Assembly (NCBI GenBank): GCA_034932685.1
Contig: JAYFOM010000018.1
Span: 15,011 to 79,010, forward strand
Direction of reading: 5' to 3'
Length of the DNA stretch: 64,000 bases
Origin: Erysipelotrichaceae bacterium
GTDB taxonomy: Bacteria > Bacillota_I > Bacilli_A > Erysipelotrichales > Erysipelotrichaceae
In this document: positions 8,515 through 17,139 of the stretch, piece after piece
How the letters are laid out: every line of letters begins with the position of its first letter
How positions within the stretch are numbered: the stretch's first letter is position 1
Translations under genes and position numbers: made by a program
Notes under the pieces: generated by a model
What the model was told of the DNA's origin: nothing
Database searches by the model: none
The model's input: the letters and a program-made list of their open reading frames with translations, nothing else

Positions 8515-10047
8515 CTATCCTACTATCAATTTAAAAGTCTTGATTTTCCCTAATTCTTCCATTAGTTCTTTATCAAAATCAGTTTTTTCTTCTGTACTTC
8601 TATCAAATATCATTGTTGGTAAACTATGATCATTTACTGGATGCCAGATTGATCTACCTTCTAATTGAGGAGCATCATTTCTTGCAAAGTTTAATAATCT
8701 TCCTACCATCTCATATTGTAAATCTTGTTCTTTTCCATCTAAGTAAGTTGATGGAACCATATGAATATTATTGAAAATAAAAGCTATATCTGTAGAATGT
8801 GAAGCAGTAAAACCATCATTTAACTTAAATACTGGGGTAAATAAATAGGAGTATGTTTCAGCGCATCCACTTTCAACTCTAGCTTTACAAAACTGATATA
8901 TATCTGGTCTTATACAACAACAATCATAAGTTAAAATGTCAATGATTTTATGACTTGGAAATGCATTAGTGAATAAAGGTATCAATCTACTTGCATTTTC
9001 TTTACCTAATTCGACTTCAACAGCATGCTCCATCTCCTCATCGTTCATTAAGCTTCTTTCATATTTTGTTGGTAAAGACAAAAACTCAGAAAAATTTGTT
9101 CCAACAACCAAAGGTGCTTTTTTTGCATGTTCAGTAAATCCGTATTCGATTGGATTACCTATATAGTCTTCATTTTTTGTTGGAGCAAAGAAAGGAATGC
9201 CTCTTCCTTTTAATTCTTTATAAGTAGAAATATATGTATCTAAAATTAATCTACCATCCATACTTATTAATTCATCAATGTTATCTTTACTTATATTTAA
9301 TTTATCCAATGTGGCTTTAACTAAATATCGTGAATCAGATTTATGATCTGAAAAAGACTTTGTTCCCTCCAATCCACTCATTACAAATCCACGTTTAAAC
9401 AGTCCTTTGCTTTCAGGCATATTCATAACTGAAATAACTTTGATTCCACCACCTGATTGTCCAAATAAAGTAACATTTTCTTTATCGCCACCAAAATGTT
9501 CAATGTTTTTATTTATCCATTTTAATGCCGCCAATAAATCTAAATTACCAACATTCTTACTTCTTTTAAATTTATCACCATAATCACTTAAATCCAAATA
9601 TCCCCAAATGCTGAGTCTATGATTTAGTGTTACAACAACGACATTCCCAGTGTTACATAAACTATATCCATCATAAGTCTCATGTTCTAAAGAAGAACCA
9701 TCAAAAAAGCCTCCACCATGAAACCAAACTAGAACTGGCTTTTTTTCATTATTATTAATATTTTTTGTCCATATATTTAGGTATTGACATTGTTCACTTT
9801 CAGGCCAAAAACGATGTGGATTTTTAACATTTGTTCCTATCCGATTGAATTGTACATTTGGGCAAATATAACCATAATTAGTCGCATCTTTAACACCATC
9901 CCATTGTTCAACTTCTTCAGGTGGCATGAATCTATTTGCATTTGCGTACTTAACTCCATGATAGTGATATATATCGTTGTACTTAAATCCTCTTAATAGT
10001 CCTTTATCGGTTTGGACTATTGTGTGTTTTCCATGTTCAAAACTCAT
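8515..10047 (-). CDS. type-B carboxylesterase paralog, no signal peptide
   Basis: 510 aa, colinear with the 6973-8502 product (roughly 60% identical by eye) with the same catalytic motifs. Confidence 0.85.
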   Translation of the reverse strand: MSFEHGKHTIVQTDKGLLRGFKYNDIYHYHGVKYANANRFMPPEEVEQWDGVKDATNYGYICPNVQFNRIGTNVKNPHRFWPESEQCQYLNIWTKNINNNEKKPVLVWFHGGGFFDGSSLEHETYDGYSLCNTGNVVVVTLNHRLSIWGYLDLSDYGDKFKRSKNVGNLDLLAALKWINKNIEHFGGDKENVTLFGQSGGGIKVISVMNMPESKGLFKRGFVMSGLEGTKSFSDHKSDSRYLVKATLDKLNISKDNIDELISMDGRLILDTYISTYKELKGRGIPFFAPTKNEDYIGNPIEYGFTEHAKKAPLVVGTNFSEFLSLPTKYERSLMNDEEMEHAVEVELGKENASRLIPLFTNAFPSHKIIDILTYDCCCIRPDIYQFCKARVESGCAETYSYLFTPVFKLNDGFTASHSTDIAFIFNNIHMVPSTYLDGKEQDLQYEMVGRLLNFARNDAPQLEGRSIWHPVNDHSLPTMIFDRSTEEKTDFDKELMEELGKIKTFKLIVG

Positions 10048-10048
10048 T

Positions 10049-11305
10049 TCATTTAACCTTAAAAATTTTCTTTACGAAATCCTTTGCACAATAGCGCCAA
10101 ACATTCCATTCATGTTGTCCTTTATATCCAATAAACTCAATATTAAACCCTTTTTCTATATAATTAGATACTTGCTCTTTTGTAAGATCATGTCTTGGAT
10201 CAGCATCTCCACATGCAACGGTAACCACATCCATATATTCATTAAATTTTCGGGCATCCGAAAATAAATCTGATAAATCCATATCTTCTGTTTTTATAGG
10301 GAAACATTCACCTGAAGAAAACATACCACAATTTGCAAATACATCAGCGTGCAATAGACCTAGTCTTCTTGCATGTCCTCCTCCCATTGATAAACCAGCA
10401 GCAGCTCTAAATCTTCTATCTTTTTTAACGCGATATCTTGATTCAATATGCGGAATGCATTCTTTAGCGATGACTTCATCTAATCTTCCCTCTATAGCCG
10501 TCGTTTCTTTATTTGGGATGAAAACATAACCATTGTTTGCTACAACAATCATTTCTTCTGCTTCTTTTCTAGCAATTAAGTTATCTAAAATCATGTCTAT
10601 TTTCCCTGATGCAAACCAGCTAGTTTCATTTTGAGAACCGCCATGTTGAATATACAACACAGGATATGTTTTATCACTTGTTGCATATGATGCGGGAGTA
10701 TAAACCCAACAACATCTAAATCTATTAGTCGTATTAGAAAAATATATTTCTCTTGTAAGTGAACCATGAGGCACATTATGCAATTGTGTATCTGCATCAT
10801 CTGGTATATCAACTATATTTCTAATACCATCATCATCATGAACATATGGGCTTTGTAAATTTATAGATGTTTGCCCATCGACAACATAAAAAATAGAATG
10901 ATAACCAGGTCCTGGATTTATTGTTTTTCTCCAATATCCATCCTCGTTTAAACTCATATCATCTATTACATAATCCTTACTATAAAATTTTGGATCTTTT
11001 CTATATTCTGGTGAAGAGTTTAAATAATTGTGTAAGCGATATTTCACTTGAACAAGTTTTGCATTTGGTGCGAAGTATTCTAAAGTCACAGTTTTATCTT
11101 CATTATAATTAACACCATCCACCAAATTAAATGGAATATTATCTCCTCCATAATGAATCATTCTCATATATTTAGTAGGTTTCAGTTTTTGAAACATACC
11201 TGTACCCTTATTTAATTCTTCATTGTATTTTGTTACTGATTCATTTTTTGGATAAACTGGATCAAAACTTAATAGATGCATATTTTGTGCTTGATTTGCT
11301 TTCAT
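10049..11305 (-). CDS. esterase-D/Fes-type (PF00756-like) esterase with N-terminal beta-sandwich (E-set/CBM48-like) domain, no signal peptide
   Basis: YPVLYIQHGGSQNETSW and AGLSMGGGHA nucleophile elbow. The ~150-aa N-terminal region resembles those preceding feruloyl/acetyl-xylan or enterochelin-type esterases. Confidence 0.7.
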   Translation of the reverse strand: MKANQAQNMHLLSFDPVYPKNESVTKYNEELNKGTGMFQKLKPTKYMRMIHYGGDNIPFNLVDGVNYNEDKTVTLEYFAPNAKLVQVKYRLHNYLNSSPEYRKDPKFYSKDYVIDDMSLNEDGYWRKTINPGPGYHSIFYVVDGQTSINLQSPYVHDDDGIRNIVDIPDDADTQLHNVPHGSLTREIYFSNTTNRFRCCWVYTPASYATSDKTYPVLYIQHGGSQNETSWFASGKIDMILDNLIARKEAEEMIVVANNGYVFIPNKETTAIEGRLDEVIAKECIPHIESRYRVKKDRRFRAAAGLSMGGGHARRLGLLHADVFANCGMFSSGECFPIKTEDMDLSDLFSDARKFNEYMDVVTVACGDADPRHDLTKEQVSNYIEKGFNIEFIGYKGQHEWNVWRYCAKDFVKKIFKVK

Positions 11306-11308
11306 AGA

Positions 11309-11975
11309 TTATATTACCTTTCTTGTTTTATATTGATTATGAGTAAAACGTAAGACTAAACTCACTATTAGTATCATTGCATAAATCAAGAACATTGACT
11401 CATATCCAATAACACCAACCATTGAACTAGCAAATATTTGACCTACCGCAATCAACACTGAAAATAGTGAATAAAATTTTGCTAAAATTACTACTTTCAC
11501 GGTATATAGAAGAAAAGCAGGATATATAATTAGCGTAATTCCCTTTGTATCTTGAATTTTCCCTATAAATGGTTTCATAATCATCAATGTGAGTGAATAT
11601 ATTGTAAAACTACTAAATATTTACTATTTTTCTTGCCTCTGCAAAATCCAAAAGATAATAAGATATACTACTATTATCTAGTGTGGATATTGCATTCAAT
11701 ACTACATACATAATTAAACTAATTAATATAAAGCAACAAAAACATATAAATTCTGATATGAATAACACGTATTGAAATCCTATATTTTCATAAATTAATC
11801 CAACTTAATAAACTTACGATAATGCATGTATATTCAAATTCTACTCCTCAAACAACTAGAAATTTTGCCATTATTGGGGTAGAAATATAAAGAGCTAATC
11901 CATTTATTACATTAATACATATTATTGCAACAACTCTCTTTGTCCAAAGTTTATTTACTTTTTTATAAATACCCC
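11309..11975 (-). pseudogene. decayed MFS transporter paralog
   Basis: The 92-aa ORF (MKPFIGKIQDTKGITLIIYPAFLLY...GYESMFLIYAMILIV) matches the C-terminal part of the 2784-3968 MFS with a gap. My translation upstream gives KVNKLWTKRVVAIICINVINGLALYISTPIMAKFLVV*GVEFEYTCIIVSLLSWINL*, matching the MFS N-terminus but with in-frame stops and large deletions. Confidence 0.75.
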
Positions 11976-12050
11976 TATTTTTTCTATAAACCAATAAATA
12001 TGATTGAAACAGCTATAAAAGCTATTTCAATCATATATTTAAAAAATTAA

Positions 12051-12878
12051 TTATAAAATACCAAGGAAGCCTAAAACAAATGCTAATCCCATAATTAAGA
12101 AGATTAAATTATTAACTTTCATTCCTTTTTTCAATAAACTGTAGCAGAAGAATGTAATACCAATAGGCAAAATACCTTGCATAATTTGATCAAAATATGA
12201 TTGAACTAAGATCGGTTCTCCACCTGGTATAGTTAAGGTAATTGCTAAAGATGACCTAACTGTAGTTACGATCATAAATCCAACCATAGTCATACCTACA
12301 ATTCCTGCTGCTTTTGTTAGAATTGAAACAAATCCTGACTCATAAGCCTCTTTTAAGAATGTTTCACCCAATGTATATCCCCAATATGTCATTAGATAAC
12401 GGCATACTACATTTGGCACGTTATATAAAACAAAGAATAAGATAGGTCCCATAATTGAACCATTAGCTGCTAAAGAAATACCAACAGATGCAGAAATAGT
12501 TCTTACAATACCCCAGAATAATGCATCACCGATACCTGACAATGGACCCATTAATGAAGTTTTAATTGCAGGAATTGCACTTGAATCATAGTTTCCATAA
12601 TTTGCAGCATTTTCTTTTTCCATAGATGCTGCTAAACCCATAGCAAATGTACCAACAGCTTGGGTAATATTATATGGAGTCATATGACGTTGCATAGCTT
12701 CTGTTCTTTTTTCTTTTTCTGGATAATAACGTTCTAAAGCAGGACAAACTGAAAAAGTAAATCCAGGAGCTTGTCTATATGCTGGCATAGGACAAGCAAA
12801 TACCATAAATGATCTCCAGAAAATGCTATTTAGCATTTTTTTATCTTCTTTGGATACGTTCTTGAACATACTACTCAT
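12051..12878 (-). CDS. PTS mannose/fructose/sorbose-family EIID component
   Basis: IID signature region (FWRSF..., PGFTFSVCPALERYY, MQRHMTPYNI). Overlaps the IIC stop. Confidence 0.85.
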   Translation of the reverse strand: MSSMFKNVSKEDKKMLNSIFWRSFMVFACPMPAYRQAPGFTFSVCPALERYYPEKEKRTEAMQRHMTPYNITQAVGTFAMGLAASMEKENAANYGNYDSSAIPAIKTSLMGPLSGIGDALFWGIVRTISASVGISLAANGSIMGPILFFVLYNVPNVVCRYLMTYWGYTLGETFLKEAYESGFVSILTKAAGIVGMTMVGFMIVTTVRSSLAITLTIPGGEPILVQSYFDQIMQGILPIGITFFCYSLLKKGMKVNNLIFLIMGLAFVLGFLGIL

Positions 12879-13677
12879 TTAAGAAATCCTCCTCTTCAGA
12901 AATATTAAGCGATCCACCCTTTTTAACAAGAGTCTTTAAATCTAAAATTTGTTTTTCACTGAATGCAATTGTTACAGCAATAACTACAGCAATTATAGCA
13001 ACAACGATTGCTGGTAAACTGAAGTATTTAGATAAAATAAATCCAATAAATAGGAATCCTACATTATCTTTATTAACTAACATCTTCATTAGTACAGCCA
13101 TACCGACTGCGCCTAACATATTAGCTATAGTACCTAAGCCTTTCATAACACCTGCAGGAAGGTTTGTCATAAATGTTTGAACTACATTTGCTCCTAAATA
13201 TACTAAAGCAAAGATAATTAATGTTCTGACAAAATATTGGAAGAACCATCCTACAAGAATTAATGGTGTCATACCTTTAGTATCTGCATTTTCGCATACT
13301 TTAATGTACCAAGGTTGGAAGAAACTTCCTAATACTAAGAAGAATGGGAATAATGAGTTAAACACTAAACCTACTGGAATTGCTAGCGCAATAGCTTCTG
13401 CTTGTTGTAACCCCGAAGTAATTGCAAATGTAACAGCCATAACTGTAGCTGATACTGGTTCTGCTGCGGTAGCTCCACCAATATTTACAACCCCCATATA
13501 CACAGCTTCTAATATACCACCTAAAATAATACCAGTGGTAATGTCACCAAATAATGCACCTGTAATTGTAGCAACGATAATTGGTCTTTCTAACATACAT
13601 TGACCAAATAACCAGTTAAACGAATAACTGATAAAATATGCCAATGAAGCTAGAAGTGCAACAGTTAAACTAGACAT
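12871..13677 (-). CDS. PTS mannose/fructose/sorbose-family EIIC component
   Basis: 268-aa polytopic membrane protein between IIB and IID with IIC-like glycine-rich helices. SD aaaggagg. Confidence 0.85.
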   Translation of the reverse strand: MSSLTVALLASLAYFISYSFNWLFGQCMLERPIIVATITGALFGDITTGIILGGILEAVYMGVVNIGGATAAEPVSATVMAVTFAITSGLQQAEAIALAIPVGLVFNSLFPFFLVLGSFFQPWYIKVCENADTKGMTPLILVGWFFQYFVRTLIIFALVYLGANVVQTFMTNLPAGVMKGLGTIANMLGAVGMAVLMKMLVNKDNVGFLFIGFILSKYFSLPAIVVAIIAVVIAVTIAFSEKQILDLKTLVKKGGSLNISEEEDFLNE

Positions 13678-13695
13678 AAATTATTTTCCTCCTTT

Positions 13696-14208
13696 TTATC
13701 TATTTTTTTCTACTGCATTAATTAAGTCTGATACTTTACTTTTTGTACTTGACGGAATCAATAAACTGAAGAATTTGTCTTTAAGAATCACAGTCAACTC
13801 TTTTGCCGCAATCATTTCTGGTTCAGACAATGTAACACGTCCACCAGGCAATTTAACTTTTGGACCTGTATCTCCCGTAAAGCTTCCTGTATTTGCAAGA
13901 TTCACTTCACAAATATTATCTTTACAAGCTTTGACTAGATATAGAGCATCTCTCACTGTTTTTGTTAAACCAAAGATCCTCATATCTTTTGATTTAGGAT
14001 TGTTGATTAATTCAACTGCGCCATCCAAATCTTTTATAATTGTTTTAATTCCTGCTGGAGTTGCCATTTTTAAAGTCATCTGAACTGTTTCATTTGTAGC
14101 TGCATCATTATTTGCAACAATGATACGTGATGTATTTAACTCTTTTGACCACACCATTGCAACTTGACCATGAATTAACCTGTCATCGATTCTAATTTGG
14201 ACAATCAT
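13696..14208 (-). CDS. PTS mannose/sorbose-family EIIB component
   Basis: MIVQIRIDDRLIHGQV phospho-His motif diagnostic of sorbose-type IIB. Confidence 0.85.
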   Translation of the reverse strand: MIVQIRIDDRLIHGQVAMVWSKELNTSRIIVANNDAATNETVQMTLKMATPAGIKTIIKDLDGAVELINNPKSKDMRIFGLTKTVRDALYLVKACKDNICEVNLANTGSFTGDTGPKVKLPGGRVTLSEPEMIAAKELTVILKDKFFSLLIPSSTKSKVSDLINAVEKNR

Positions 14209-14242
14209 ATTTTCTCCTTTCTATTGACTATTTACTCTCTAG

Positions 14243-15100
14243 TTATACTAGAGTACTGTCCTTTGATTCTAATCTTTGTAAACTATCTTTAAATCCTTTT
14301 GTAAATCCAAAATATTTTAGAATGTTTTGAATCTCGATTTCCCAAAATCGCCATTCATGAGCATAACCTTCCATCTGATGGAATACAGCATCTAACCCAA
14401 CTGATTCTGCATATTCTTTAAAATGCAACCAATTTGAATATACACCATCAGCAGTTCCGCAACAGAAATAGAATTTTGGTGGATTTTTCATATTAGCTAC
14501 CTTTGGTACTAAGTCCCATGTGTTCTCATAACTATTGAAAAATAAATCTGGTCCTCCTGCCATTTCTACTGTCATCATCTCTCTAGCATAAAATGTGTTA
14601 TCAGGACCGTCATTCATTATTTTTCTTATGTCTGATGGGACTCCACTCATACATGCGACTCCAGCAAATTTTTCTGGCCAGTAAAATCCATATTTGCTTG
14701 TTCCTCTTGCTCCCATAGATAGACCACATATGAAGTTGTCTTCTCTTTTTTCACTTGCTGGAAACCATCCATAAATCAAGGGCATTAGTTCTTCAGTTAA
14801 ATAATCGAACATTCTGAACTCAGGATTAACTTTCGTCCAATTTGAATAATTAGAATTCAATGCGGATGGCATAACGACAATCAAATCATTTTCAGTTGCG
14901 TATAATTCAATATTTGTTCTACGCAAATAATCGTTATAACAACCAAGTGTACCATGAAGTAACCATAGAACAGGATATTTTCTCTTTGATCCATAATATT
15001 CTTTAGCATCATCTTTTTGCTTAATTGAGGGCAGAATCACCGCAATATCTGTATTGGTATTCAAACACCAACTCCTAAAATTTAAATGTAATAAGGCCAT
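14243..15100 (-). CDS. esterase-D-type (PF00756-like) alpha/beta hydrolase, no signal peptide
   Basis: YPVLWLLHGTLG and CGLSMGARG nucleophile elbow, with C-terminal HEW. 285 aa, similar in architecture to tributyrin/acetyl esterases. Confidence 0.7.
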   Translation of the reverse strand: MALLHLNFRSWCLNTNTDIAVILPSIKQKDDAKEYYGSKRKYPVLWLLHGTLGCYNDYLRRTNIELYATENDLIVVMPSALNSNYSNWTKVNPEFRMFDYLTEELMPLIYGWFPASEKREDNFICGLSMGARGTSKYGFYWPEKFAGVACMSGVPSDIRKIMNDGPDNTFYAREMMTVEMAGGPDLFFNSYENTWDLVPKVANMKNPPKFYFCCGTADGVYSNWLHFKEYAESVGLDAVFHQMEGYAHEWRFWEIEIQNILKYFGFTKGFKDSLQRLESKDSTLV

Positions 15101-15111
15101 ATTTTTCTCCT

Positions 15112-16029
15112 TTACTTTATTTTGTTTACTAAAACTTTTTCATACATTTTTTTAACATCAATCATATTCGGAAATCCTATTGTTTGTGCTTTTGCTCTTC
15201 CAGCGGCTTCACCATATTTTAGAAATTCAACTGTTTCAAAATTCTGTGACATTGCGGCTATCGTATAAGCCAACATTGAATCACCACATCCTACTGTGTT
15301 TACAACCTCAACGATGGGTCCATTAACTTTTCTTTTTTCATATTTATTAGCGAAATAAGATCCTTCCTTACCCATCGAAACTAAGACATTTTCAACTCCA
15401 ACTTCGATTAATCGATCAACATATTCCGCGTAATTTGCAGCATCTATGTTTACATCAAATATGCTTGCAAGTTCATCTAAGTTAGGTTTGATCAGAAATG
15501 GTTTTGTTGATTGATAATTCTTTAAAGTTAAATTTGGTATATCAGTTATGAGCTTTGCACCTACAGATGATACATAATTTCCGATGCTTTCAATCAAATC
15601 AGCTGTCATTCCTTTACAAAAACTACCTGATATTACAACATAATCGTCTTTGTTTAGCTTATCCAACTTATTTAGTAAATCATCTTGTTGCTTATCTGTA
15701 ACCTCTGGTCCAATAGCATTAATTGCTGTTTCTTGATCATTACTGATTTTGATATTGATCCGGTTTTCTTGATCAATCTGAACTTTTAGTAGTTCTATTT
15801 CCTTAATCTTTGCGATCTCATTTTCAATATACTGGCCGATTACACCACCAAGGAACATTATTGCTTTAGTTTTAATACCAATACTTGCAAGAACCATCGA
15901 GATATTAATCCCTTTGCCACCCGCCCGAATTTCTGTTGTGTTTGCTCTAACTATTGTACCCTCAATTACCTTTTGTTCTAAAAAAACGAAATAGTCGATT
16001 GAAGGATTAAGTGTTATTGTGTATATCAT
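15112..16029 (-). CDS. PfkB-family ketose-phosphate kinase (1-phosphofructokinase / tagatose-6-phosphate kinase type)
   Basis: MIYTITLNPSIDY N-terminus, GGKGIN and VNTVGCGDSM motifs. Start moved to the ATG at 16029, although its SD is weak. Confidence 0.85.
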   Translation of the reverse strand: MIYTITLNPSIDYFVFLEQKVIEGTIVRANTTEIRAGGKGINISMVLASIGIKTKAIMFLGGVIGQYIENEIAKIKEIELLKVQIDQENRINIKISNDQETAINAIGPEVTDKQQDDLLNKLDKLNKDDYVVISGSFCKGMTADLIESIGNYVSSVGAKLITDIPNLTLKNYQSTKPFLIKPNLDELASIFDVNIDAANYAEYVDRLIEVGVENVLVSMGKEGSYFANKYEKRKVNGPIVEVVNTVGCGDSMLAYTIAAMSQNFETVEFLKYGEAAGRAKAQTIGFPNMIDVKKMYEKVLVNKIK

Positions 16030-16139
16030 ATTGAGGAGATTAATATCCTTTCTGGTCTTTTTATAACATACTGAAATCGCTACCACAATAAGCTAAAGCA
16101 ACATACCTTAACCACTCGAATTTAATGCTTGATAATGTA

Positions 16140-16213
16140 TTATCAAATGAGTGAACGCGCATTTTTAGTGCGCGTTCTTATCAAATGAACATGTTTAAAT
16201 TTGAAATGAGTGA
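16140..16213. promoter_or_regulatory. candidate operator cluster in the DeoR / operon divergent control region
   Basis: Perfect 11-nt direct repeat TTATCAAATGA at 16140-16150 and 16178-16188 flanks a 9-bp GC-rich inverted repeat (gaacgcgca 16153-16161 / tgcgcgttc 16169-16177). AAATGAGTGA is repeated at 16145-16154 and 16204-16213. Confidence 0.4.
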
Positions 16214-16326
16214 TTTTTCTATTTTATTCAAATATAAACATAATAAAAGTGAATTTTTGATTATCAACGATCATTATTCAATTTACAATCTTTTTTTGTT
16301 ATACTATCAATAACTGAGGTTAGATA

Positions 16327-17088
16327 ATGAAAAAAGATAGAATAGCTTCAATATACTCATTGTGCCAGCAATCGTCTCAAGTTCTTGTTGAAGATTTAGT
16401 AAATGTACTAAAGGTATCTCCTGCAACAATAAGACGATATTTGCAAGAAATGGAAGATATGAAATTAATCAATCGTTTCTATGGTGGTGCAGTAATTAAT
16501 AATGATCAAGTTAATGAACCAACTATGCATGCAAAACATCTTGTTAACATGGGTAAAAAGAACATCATCGCAAAGTATGCGGCATCATTGATAAAGGACA
16601 ATAATATCGTTTATATTGATGCTGGAACAACAACTGAAGAAATGATCGATTACATTTATGCTAAAAACATCCTTGTTGTAACACAGGCCTTGTCAATTAT
16701 GGATAAGTTGTATGAAAGACAGATCCGATGTTATACACTTGGTGGATATATAAAATTCTCTACTAATATTATCATCGATAATGATACGATCGAAAAAATG
16801 GCAAAGATGAACTTTGATATATCATTCATTGGCTGTAATGGCATAAACCCAATTTTTGGATTCTCTACTACTAATGAAATAGAAGCAATGTTGAAAAAGC
16901 TCATAATATCAAAATCAAAACAATCCTACATACTTGCTGATAGTAAGAAATTCAATCAAATTAGTAACATTAAGTTTGCTGATCCAAAAGATGCAATTAT
17001 CGTAACTGATGAAATTATAGATAATTTAGATTATACCCCTTATAACGAAGTTATTTTTGTCAATCGACCAAATTCAAAACAACCTTAA
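16327..17088 (+). CDS. DeoR-family transcriptional regulator
   Basis: N-terminal wHTH (VEDLVNVLKVSPATIRRYLQEME) plus a C-terminal DeoR sugar-phosphate sensor domain. Divergent from the PTS/esterase operon. Confidence 0.85.
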   Translation: MKKDRIASIYSLCQQSSQVLVEDLVNVLKVSPATIRRYLQEMEDMKLINRFYGGAVINNDQVNEPTMHAKHLVNMGKKNIIAKYAASLIKDNNIVYIDAGTTTEEMIDYIYAKNILVVTQALSIMDKLYERQIRCYTLGGYIKFSTNIIIDNDTIEKMAKMNFDISFIGCNGINPIFGFSTTNEIEAMLKKLIISKSKQSYILADSKKFNQISNIKFADPKDAIIVTDEIIDNLDYTPYNEVIFVNRPNSKQP

Positions 17089-17093
17089 AGATA

Positions 17094-17127
17094 TAAAAAA
17101 TCATCCAACGATGATTTCTTTTTTTAT
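17094..17127. terminator. rho-independent terminator between convergent genes
   Basis: aaaaaatcatc / caac / gatgattt followed by cttttttt. Confidence 0.6.
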
Positions 17128-17139
17128 GTTTTCTATAAC

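Noticed and set aside
16153-16177. GC-rich hairpin considered as an intrinsic terminator
   Set aside because: No U-tract follows on either strand. It lies between two divergent gene starts, so it is treated as a candidate operator or leader structure instead.
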